NCBI RefSeq assembly: GCF_006345805.1
Contig: NC_043003.1
Coordinates: 13,578,001-13,642,000, forward strand
Direction of reading: 5' to 3'
Length of the DNA: 64,000 nucleotides
From: Octopus sinensis
Lineage: Eukaryota
Below the pieces are notes generated by a model. It did no database searches. It saw nothing but the letters and a program-made list of their open reading frames with translations, and was not told the origin of the DNA. The position numbers and the translations under genes were made by a program. Shown piece after piece: positions 53,440 to 64,000 of the stretch; the first letter of the stretch is position 1; every line of letters starts with the position of its first letter.

Positions 53440-53475
<36 letters not shown>
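52670..53475. repeat. Tandem segmental duplication, 2 x about 417 bp
   Basis: CCAAATCCAC at 52691 and 53108, and ACCAC at 53021 and 53438; each unit ends in (TA)n. Confidence 0.95.
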
Positions 53476-53480
<5 letters not shown>

Positions 53481-54809
53481 TTTCATTTTATAGCAAGGAT
53501 TGAATAAATATATATACATTTTAAATATTGACCAAATTCTTTATATCTTTCCTATCTTTTTTGACAGAATGAAAATGCCATTTTACTTACTGTGTACATA
53601 TTATGAATATAAACATGAAAGATGTATGGATATAATGTGTGCGGATAAAACAGGAGATGGATAGTAAACAAATGATTTAGTTGGTATAACAAAGGTGATG
53701 GAAATAAAGTCACAGAAGTAGGAGATGGAATCACAATTTTGATCAGGAAGAGATGTCACATAAAATCATTTTGTTTCACCCTTTAGCACTGATATTACTC
53801 CATCATATGTAAAAGGGTAAATGAACGACCATGGGATTGCATTTAGAAAGTTCCCCTCCAAGGCACAAGTCTGGGCAAGGTTGTTTATGGAAGACCAGCA
53901 GTCGCCCATGCATACCAACCTCCCCGCTTCACGCCACCGATGTTATCCAAGGGAAAGGCAAAGGGACCGATTACAGCTTGGCACCAGTAACATCACAACT
54001 CATTTCTACAGCTAAGTGAACTGGAGCAACGTGAAATAAAGTGTGTTGCTCAAGAACACAACACACAGCCCAGTCCAAGAATTGAACTCACTACCTCATG
54101 ATTGCAAGCCTGACACTCTAACCACTGAGCCATGTGCCTTCAATCTGTCATATGTAATGCTTCTTCATTCATAGTTTTGAATTGGTCATACACAGCTTCA
54201 AAATGTGATGGAATTTTTTTTAGAGTGACATCATAGTGTAGGTGTAAGAGGCAGGATCTGGTTGGCTTGAACATAAAACAGGTAAAAGATTTGGTATTTG
54301 GAAGGCGGTGGGTGAGCTGGCAGAAACGTTAGCATGCTGGGCAAAATGCATAGCAGTATTTTGACTGTCTACGTTTTGAGTTCAAATTCTGCCGGGTTCA
54401 ACTTTGCCTTTCATCCTTTCGGGGTCAATAAATTAAGTACCAGTTGCATGCTGGGGATTGATCTAATCGACTGGCCCCCTCCCCATAAAATTTCAGGCCT
54501 TAAGCCTAGAGTAGAAAAGAATATTTGGTATTTAGGCCAGATATGGCCAGTTTAAATGTTAAAAGATTACATACCATAAAAATGAATATTTTAAGTTGAC
54601 ACCCATTGACACAGAAATTCTATCCTCTGTCTTATAGTATTTTCGGTCATAAGGCTGCAGTCATGCTGGAGCACTGCTATAAAGAGGTTTGATTGAACAA
54701 ATCAACACCAGTGCTTATTATTTTTTTTTTAATTAGGTACATATTCCAGTAGTCTCATTTGCTGAACTGCAAAGTTATGAAGACGTAAACATGCCCACAC
54801 TGGCATTTG

Positions 54810-55265
54810 GAAGGCAGGGAGCTGGCAGAAATGCTTAGCGGTATTTCGTCTGCCGTTACATTCTGAGTTCAAATTCCACCGAGGTCGACTTTGCCTTTCA
54901 TCCTTTCGGGATCAATTAAATAAGTACCAGTTACGCACTGGGGTCGATATGATCGACTCAATCCATTTGTCTGTCCCCTCTGTGTTTAGCCCCTTGTGGG
55001 TAATAAAGAAATATGTATTTCGCCTGCCGTTACGTTCTGAGTTCAAATTCCGCCCAGGCTGACTTTGCCTTTCATCCTTTCGGGGTCGATTAAATAAGTA
55101 CCAGTTACGCACTGGGTCAGTATGATCGACTTAATCCATTTGTCTGTCCTTGTTTGTCCCCTCTGAGTTTATCCCCTTGCGGGCAATAAAGAAATAAGAA
55201 ATGTTAGCATGCTGGGCAAAATGCATAGCAGTATTTTGGCTGTCTACGTCTTGAGTTCAAATTCT
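54810..55265 (+). mobile_element. Tandem SINE family 2 cluster
   Basis: Two full cores plus a partial third head. Confidence 0.85.
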
Positions 55266-55914
55266 GCCGGGTGCAGGAACACAAACACGTGCAAGCGCGT
55301 GTAGATGTGCGTGTGTGTATATCCACCCACATACACAAACATAAATATACTTACTTATATGTTTAGCTCTCAACAACATGCATACATGCGCGTGCACACA
55401 CACACACTTCAAGGTACTGGAACTCTCCTCTGACTTTTCCCCTGGATTCATAGCGAATACCAAATATTCATGTGATCAATAAATAGAACATGCATAGCAG
55501 AAAGCTTTACCTAAATAAACAGCCAGTCAATGTATGTTTTCTAAGAGCTCACAACTAAATAATACACATTTCATTCATATCTGACATGACCTAACATGTG
55601 TGACATACCCTAGTTTAGCTAAACCAATAATATTGTTGTATACAACCATCATTTATATCAATACTTTCATAAAACATTCTTCGTTTTTATGTAAATTAAA
55701 ATATGTTGTACAGAGATATAAATGTAGGTATGTCAGTGTGGCTAAGAAGCTCACTTTGTTACCACAAGGTTTTGGATTCAGTCCCTATGTGCAGCAACTT
55801 GAGCAAGAGTTTTCTACTGTAACCTTAGTCTCACAAATGCCTTGTGAGTGAATCTGGCAGACAAAAACTATAAAAGCCCACAGTGTGTGTGTATATATAC
55901 AAATACATAGATAT

Positions 55915-56874
55915 GTTAATCGAAGTGTACATCCATTACAGCTGATCTTACCAATTAGTTTCACACTAGGGGTTCAATGGAGTGTTAGGTAACAGTCCGA
56001 TCATGTAACCCTGCACTCTTCAGAGGTAGCCGGTATGGAATGAAATACAGCGACTACCTAACACTGTTGAACCTTTAGTGTGAAACTGATTGGTAAGACC
56101 AGCCATAACATATATAATATTGTACACTTTGATTAATATATCCACTCTACTGACAGATATAGGTGTGCATTTCTTTCCTGAATTATGGATTCTTAGAGGG
56201 CTTACATACATACAGATATATATTAAGTTTTATTTATTATTTTGCACATTACTTAATCATCGTTATATGATTTATCTTATATTTAATCTTTCTATAATAT
56301 GTAATTCTTCTAAATGGTATAATTTAATTTTTCATTATTGAATTGATGTGTTGTTTTTTTTCTAATTTATATATATATACACACACACACATATACATAC
56401 ATGTATAAGACAGAGAGATGACAACGGAATAAATTATTATCTTATGAACTTCGTTAGCTTACTACTAAATAAATTGCACTTCATATTCAAGGCTCTGATG
56501 AAGCTATAAGGTGCTATTCAGGCACCCAACCATGAGTCCACTACATCTTATAGCAGAAACAACTTTAAGCTAATGAAGTTCATATGATAATCACTTATTC
56601 CTTTGTCATGTCTCTTTCTTATTACTGCTCTATACTCAGCTAACACTTTGTTCGGAAACATATGCATATTGAGTTCTATACCAGGGTTTATTATTCTTGC
56701 AATGCCTACGCGAACTGACAGTCCCCATATTTCATTCCATAACAGCCACCTCTGAAGAGCACAAGGTTATAATTGAACCGTTACCTAACACTCCATTGAA
56801 CCCCTAGTGTGAAACCAAGTGGAAAGATCTGCCATAATGGACATATAATACTGTACACTTCAATTAACATAAAT

Positions 56875-56875
<1 letters not shown>
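55915..56875. mobile_element. Nested inverted-repeat element, Penelope-like relic (tentative)
   Basis: Internal and terminal inverted copies of the same block, with a hammerhead-like motif inside. No RT or GIY-YIG coding sequence is visible. Confidence 0.4.
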
Positions 56876-56916
<41 letters not shown>

Positions 56917-58202
56917 TCATCGTCATTTAATGTCCACTTTCCATGCTAGCATTGGTTGGATGATTTGACTGAGGGCTGGCAAACCAGATGGCTGCACCAG
57001 GCTCCAATCATCTATATCTATCTCTCTCTCTCTCTATATATATATATGGTTTACACCAACACCTGTAAAAGTAATTAAATGTAGATCATCTGGGCATCAC
57101 TAAATAAATGACTAGTAAATATTTTATCAGCCCTACTAACATTTGAACTCAGAACCTAATGATGAGATGAGATGACACTGCATACAAGCAAGGTATTTCT
57201 TGTAACTGATAACAAGGAGTTCGCTCTTCATTTATTTATTTATATTTATCTTTTTTTGTGTGGAGATACTGCAACTAATATAAGGTCAAGTGGAGTTCAG
57301 ACATTTCCAAGGTTAACAAAATCCCCAACAGATACTGAAAAGTAATTAAATATAGCCATCCTACCAGTCAGAGCAACATTGCTTTTATAATTAAAAACAA
57401 TATTGGTTGAGTAATTTTCAAAGCTTTCAACAGAAACTGCTACTAAAAGTGCCTTTTTCTTTCATTTGTCCACTGGCTAGTGTGTGTGTATATATATATA
57501 TACATATATATATATGTAACTGTTTTGTGAAGCTAGCCCTATGGAAATGATGAAGTTTTTATCAAGGAAGAGATAGCAGTGTAGTATAATTAACAAGATA
57601 GTGGAGCAACTAAAAAGAATAATTAAAAGTAGAGTTAATTATATATATATATATATATATATAAATAAACTTAGATAAGTTTCGACCAAAGATTGGTCCA
57701 GGCCATGTCTATATATATATAAGTTCAGCAAAATTTAGATTCAGATGAATATGGTACTTAAGGCACCAGAATTTGGTATGGTATTATCCATATAAATCAA
57801 ATGGGGTGATTTTGATTTTATATATATATATATAAGGCATAGGTGTGACTGTGGTAAAATGTTTAATCCTCAGGACCTTCGACTAATGTCTTCTACTACA
57901 GAGTCTCAGGCCAACCTAGGTCTTGTGATTGGATTTGCTAGAGAGAAACTGAAAGAAGCCTGTCATGTGTGTGCATGAAGAAAAAAAATAGTCGGGATTT
58001 AAAAAAAGAGTATTTATTTAGCACTTTTCTCCCTTTGAGGGACTCCTCATGAATGATTTATTTTACAGAAAATTCATACATTCCATATATATTTGAGTGA
58101 GTTGGAAAAAATCTGGAATTGAATTTGTTTGTTTGGGTTTGGGGAAGAGGGACCCAAATTCAACTCCAGATTTTTCTCAACTCACATATGTATAAAAGGC
58201 AT

Positions 58203-58553
58203 ACTGTTTCAGTCATTTGACTGCGGCCATGCTGGAGCACCGCCTTTAGTCGAGCAAATCGACCCCGGGACTTATTCTTTGTAAGCCCAGTACTTATTCT
58301 ATCGGTCTCTTTTGCCAAACCGCTAGGTGACGAGGACGTAAACACACCAGCATCGGTTGTCAAGCAATGCTAGGGATACAAACACATACGACAGGCTTCT
58401 TTCAGTTTCCGTCTACCAAATCCACTCACAAGGCATTGGTCGGCCCGGGGCTATAGTTAGAAGACACTTGCCCAAGATGCCACGCAGTGGGACTGAACCC
58501 GGAACCATGTGGTTGGTTAGCAAACTACTTACCACACAGCCACTCCTGCGCCT
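58203..58553 (-). mobile_element. SINE family 1, near full length
   Basis: All diagnostic blocks present. Confidence 0.9.
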
Positions 58554-58632
58554 ATATATATATAAAACGAAAACATTGTACTAGGGTTCATTCATTCTAC
58601 TAGCAATTGTTCAAGGCTGTGCCCTTAGAAGA

Positions 58633-59106
58633 TACAGGTGTGGCTGTGTGTTAAGTAGCTTGCATCCCAACCACATGGTTCCGGGTCCGCTGCAAGGCAC
58701 CTTGGGCAAGTGTCTTCTACTATAGCCTTGGGCTAACCAAAGCCTGGTGAGTGGATTTGCTAGACGGAAACTGAAAGAAGCCCGTCATATATATATAATC
58801 CGAAATGTACAGTATTATATATCCATCACAGCTGATCTTACCATATACATTATTTACTTGTGTGTGTGTGCGTGTGTGTCTTTGTGCTTATGCCCTCCAC
58901 CCCACCATCGCTTGACAACCGATGTTGGTGTGTTTACGTCCCCGTAATTTACGGTTCGGCAAAAAAAAAAACTGATAAAATAAGTACTAGGCTTACGAAG
59001 AATAAGTCCTGAGGTTGATTTGTTCGACTGAACGAGAAAAAAAAAACCTTTTAAAGCAGTGCTCCAGTATGGCCGGAGTCATAACTGAAACAAGCAAACA
59101 GAATAA
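58633..59106 (+). mobile_element. SINE family 1 with small insert
   Basis: Head-to-head with the 58203 copy. Confidence 0.85.
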
Positions 59107-60390
59107 AGAAAAAACGTGTCTGTGTATGTACTAATATGTAAAACTATGTCGTTTCTGTTATAGGTAGGGCCAACACAGAAAGGACTCCTTCCAGTGGGGG
59201 ATAAATATTTAATATACAGAGTATTTAAATAGGGGCTGCTGTCAGGTTCTTGCCGGAGCAACAATAAATTGGCAGATTTTTATATATCTTGCCTCACGCT
59301 TCCAAGCAATCCTTCAGTTTGAAATACACAAAACATACACACATCTGTCTATATATAACACCTTTACCCCCTTTTTTTCTGGTTGGAAAGCAATAGACAA
59401 CCCTGAAAAAAAGTACTAGTAAACTGACCTCCCTATACAATATAAATGGAGGGGAGAGCTTTGTAGCTTTGTAAACAATATAAGGCTGGAGTTCAAAGCC
59501 AACACAGCTTACCCTGGTTTGACCTAGCCAAGAGAGAAAGAGATAGAGAGAGAGAGAGTGTGTGTGTGTGTGTGTTAGTCTGAAAAAAAAGTGAGGCAAA
59601 ATAGAAGAGAACAAGAACAGAAGCTGCTTTTCTACATTATAAAAAAGAAAAAAAACAACCCCATCCTTACTGCTGAAAATGAACTACTAGACTTCTTTTG
59701 TAAAGGCAAGCACAGAGAGAAATAGAGAGAGAGAGATTGAAAGAGGGATGGAGGGAGGGAGAGAGAGAAAGAAAGACACAGAACAGAAATAAGCACAACA
59801 TGAATGACAACACAAAGACAAAATTCTCTTTCTATTATCTGGATGATTATCACTGATGTAGCTAATGTGGCACATACAAGCAGTGAGAAGTGTGTAAAGT
59901 ATGCAGGACAAGAGAGAGAGAGAGAGAAGCAGAGAGCGAGAGAGGCAGAAAGAGAGAGTAAGAGATATAATGTAGTGGGTCGCACAGATGCAGCCAACTT
60001 TAGTTTACCAGCTTTCCTTCTTTCTTTCTATCTTTCTTTAATTTTATTTATTTATTTATTTATTCTTTTTACCTACCACCAGTCTATGCCACAGATATTC
60101 ACTCATCTAATGAAAGACCCGATGAATAAAATAAAAAGCTTGCGAAACGAGAAGCCTAATTGAATAAATGAGATTAAAACACTTGAATACATCTTAAACA
60201 AAAGGAAAAAAATAAATAAAGTAAAGAACATAATTAAAATAAAATAAAATAAGCAAAAAAGTATTAAAAAAATTATAGGCGTTTGGAGATATTTTACCCA
60301 ATCAATATTATTATATATAGCATCTTGTTTATTATACAATTGAACATTAGAATAGCAGAGAATTCAAAGATTCCTAAATTATTGCAACTT

Positions 60391-60427
<37 letters not shown>

Positions 60428-60729
60428 AGTAGTAGTTGTAGCAGTAATAGTAGAAATAAATGCAATTCCAAAAAGCAGAGAGATGGGGGAAGAAAATGGT
60501 TAATATTACAAGTAGTAGTAGTACCAGCAGCAGCAGCAGCAGCAAAAAAAAAGTTAGATTTGCACTGAGTAGATAAGGATTAATTCTATAAAAAAAAAGT
60601 CTGGGTTTTTGTTGTTTTTTTGTTTTGAGCAAAGAAGTGTTTTCTTACTTCTGTTTAGATCTAACAAACAAGCTAGGTTATTAAGTTTAAGATTAACACA
60701 TCTAGATCACCTTATATATATATATATAT

Positions 60730-60837
60730 ATACAGAATTTAGAGGACTGACCACTGAAAGTGGACAGCCCATATGCTAAACATAGACGTCAAATATAGGA
60801 TGTCCACTTTTAGTGGTCAGTCCTCTAAATTTTGTAT
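60730..60837. repeat. 45-bp inverted repeat with 18-nt spacer
   Basis: Arms at 60730-60774 and 60793-60837, with 4 mismatches. Confidence 0.92.
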
Positions 60838-60935
60838 GCAAAACAATTTTTAATCTTCGGATTTTTTAAAAATATGCTAAGCCACTGGTTTTAATTGGAT
60901 TAATATCAATTTCTACCCTTATTTAATTTTATATA

Positions 60936-61070
60936 TACAGGGTGTCCCCCAAAAATGTATACACATAGTGGTTCGGTAAAAGAGAACGATAGAATAAGTA
61001 CTAGGCTTACAAAGAATAACAAATTTACAATTATTTAAGGTGTGTATACATTTTTTTGGGACACCCTGTA
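60936..61070. mobile_element. Tc1/mariner-type MITE containing a SINE family 1 fragment
   Basis: TIRs TACAGGGTGTCCCCCAAAAATGTATACACA / TGTGTATACATTTTTTTGGGACACCCTGTA. Confidence 0.88.
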
Positions 61071-62314
61071 TATATATATATATATATATACATACATTTA
61101 AATAATGAGGGAGATAAATTGAATATTAATTTAATTAATATCAATTTAAAACAGCCTAGCATATATAAAAAATTTCAATACGTGTGTGTGTGTATATATA
61201 TATTGTATGCTTTACTTGTTTGTGTTAATGACTGGACTGTGGCCATGCTACGGCGCTTTACAGTGAAAAGTTTAGTGAAACAAAATGACCCCCGGACATA
61301 AACAAGGGTGCATTTTGTACCAAAAATAGGAGCTTCTTTCATGGTGTTTACTACAGTATAATTTGTTCGAACAAAACATCCAGGTTTCGGTCTGGCCTCG
61401 TTTGCTAAGTTATGGGGATGTACACAAGCGAAAGACAAATAAATTAAACATACATGCACGTGTATGTTTATTTATTAGACTATTTACCTTAGTCAGTGCA
61501 CGGTGATCGTTTACAAGCCTTAAGCTTATAAATATTATCATTATTTTTATTTAGATTCGTAAAATCGACACTGCTTACCAAGCATGGGACTACAAGACAG
61601 AAAACACATTCCCGCGGTACCATGCAGTGGGACTCGAACCCGAAACCATGTGGTCACAAAGCAAAGATATATAAGAACGTGAATTTCATGGCAAATTAAT
61701 ACGTAAAGGAAGTAAGTACAAGGCAGGTTAAACAAGAAAGCAGTTCTGAGTATTAATTAATACCAACTGTGATAGGAACAAAATATAAATTTAAATGCGT
61801 TACTTGAAATATAATTTGTCAAAACACTTTTACATGAAAGATGCCAAAATTTCTGTCGATATATGAATGAAGAGAGGAGGGTGGGTGTAGAAGAAATTAT
61901 AATTTTAACTTACTGTATGATTGTAAAGCATATTTTTTTCCCCCGGCGGAGAACTTTTAAGGTATAAGCAGAGACCAAATCATATATCCATCTTTCTATA
62001 AAAACAACCAGTTTTTAAAAGCTGACTAGATAGCAACTAACATAGCCCTACCCATCACTAATGTATTATTTTCTTTCTTTCTTTTTTTTTCTTTTTCTTT
62101 TTTTTGTGATACTCCTAAACAAGGAGAGGGCAACTAGGTGGACAGGGATTAAGTGATACCCACTGACCATTATAAAAAAACAAACAAACATATAAATAAA
62201 TATATAAAATAGGAAAATTTGTTGGAGGGGGGGGTACTTTTTTTTTGTATAAGTCAAACCTTTAATTTAACCAACAAACACACACTACTCAATCAACCAA
62301 CTTGATATCTCTCT

Positions 62315-62592
62315 TTTCTTTTACTTGTTTCAGTCATTTGACTGACTGCGGCCATGCTGGAGCACCGCCTTTACTCGAGCAAATCGGCACCCAGGACTAA
62401 TTCATTGTAAGCCTAGTACTTATTTTATCAGTCTCTTTTGTCGAACCGCTAAGTTACGGGGACAGCAAATCGACCCCGGGACTTATTCTTTGTAAGCCTA
62501 GTACTTATCGGTCTCTTAAGTTACGGAGACGTAAACACACCAGCATCGGTTGCCAAATGATGTTGGGGATACACACATACATACGTACACAT

Positions 62593-62625
<33 letters not shown>

Positions 62626-62802
62626 CACACATATATACGATGGGCTTCTTTCAGTTTCCGTCTACCAAATCCACTCACAAGGCTTTGGTCGGCCCGGGGC
62701 TACAGTAGAAGACACTTGCCCAAGGTGCCACGCAGTGGGACAGAACCTTGAACCATGTGGTTGGTAAGCAAGCTACTTACCACACAGCCACTCCTGCGCC
62801 TA
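62315..62802 (-). mobile_element. SINE family 1 with internal duplication
   Basis: The GCAAATCG...GTAAGCCTAGTACTTAT block is present twice. Confidence 0.88.
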
Positions 62803-63186
62803 TATAAAAAAATATATAAAACATCTTTCTACAGTACCACACACACAAACAAACTATTTATTTAGATGTTTACACACATAAAGAGAATTTAGCCAAGGCA
62901 TGGAGTGGACTGCTCCCAATCCATAAAGAGCCACCTTAAGAAAAAAAAAAAAAAGAAACCAACAACAGCAACTGTGAAACACTCCTTAACTGAATAAGAA
63001 AAGAAAATGAAGATGGGGAGGGTGCGGGGGAGCATTTGCAAGGTCTCCCAACCTGCGTAAAATAACAACCAAATCTTTTGCTTTCGTTAGGTAGGTACAT
63101 GGATTAGAGCGGAGTTGGAGCTAAAAAACGGGAGAGAGAGTAAATTCTGTGTATCTGATTGTATATTATAAAATATAGCTATTTGC

Positions 63187-63757
63187 TCTTTTATTTGTTT
63201 CAGTCATTTGACCGCTGCCATGCTGGAGCACCACCTTTAGTCGAACAAATTGACTCCAGGACTTATTCTTTGTAAGCATAGTACTTATTCTATCGGTCTC
63301 TTTTTGCCGAACCGCTAAGTTACGGGGACGTAAACACACCAGCATCGGTTGTCAAGTGATGGTAGGGACAAATAGACACACAAACATACACACACACACA
63401 CACACATATATACGACGGGCTTCTTTCAGTTTCCATCTACCAAATCCACTCACAAGGCTCTGGTCGGCTCGAGGCTATAGTAGAAGACACTTGCCCAAGG
63501 TGCCACGCAGTGGGACTGAACCCGGAACCATGTGGGTTGTCAAGCGATGGTGGTGGTGGTGGGGACAAACACAGACACATACATACATATATATATATAA
63601 CCACGACGGGCTTCTTTCAGTTTCCACCTAACAAATCTACTCACAAGGCCCTGGTCAGACCAAAGCTGACACTTGCCTAATGTGCCATGCCGTGGCACTG
63701 AACCCAGAACCATGTGGTTGGGAAGCAAGCTTCTTACCACACAGCCACTCCTGCTAC
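63187..63757 (-). mobile_element. SINE family 1 plus second partial copy
   Basis: A near-full copy followed by a repeat of the microsatellite and head half. Confidence 0.88.
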
Positions 63758-64000
63758 ACCACAGGAATGCAAATATATGTGAGGGGGGTGATAAATAGAT
63801 GAATAGCAAGCATGCGTGTGTATGTATGTGTATATGTGTGTATATATATATGTTCATAAAGACTCATACAGACAGAATATTTAAACATTAGTAGTTTTAA
63901 ACTGAGACACAAGGTAAGCTTATGAAGCAGGTATTTTTAGGTAACACAAATTTTTAGCTTCACTACGAAAAGTAGATGTTGCAGTTAAACCACGTTTTTC

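Noticed and set aside
11216-63857. Recurrent peptide RRASFSFRLPNPLTRLWSARGYSRRHLPKVPRSGTEPGTMW and its other frames
   Set aside because: It is the antisense reading of the SINE family 1 head, not a gene family.

Overview
This window is AT-rich eukaryotic non-coding DNA, most consistent with an intronic or intergenic region of an octopus genome (inferred from the repeat families; not verified by a search). I cannot support any complete protein-coding gene, rRNA, intact tRNA or CRISPR array. Nearly all ORFs in the supplied track come from microsatellites or SINEs. The window is dominated by about five tRNA-derived SINE families (family names are by resemblance only), non-autonomous DNA transposons (piggyBac-like, Tc1/mariner/pogo-like, hAT-Charlie-like), LINE relics, (TA)n/(CA)n/(GATA)n microsatellites and local tandem or inverted duplications. 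The most unusual signals are: (1) decayed hammerhead-ribozyme-like motifs, two of them in long inverted repeats, suggesting Penelope-like or retrozyme-like elements; (2) long, near-perfect fold-back hairpins; (3) closely spaced inverted SINE pairs and cryptic splice sites on the antisense strand of SINEs; (4) a few unique islands with well-formed short exon candidates or enhancer-like motif clusters. Repeat boundaries are approximate (about +/-10 bp).
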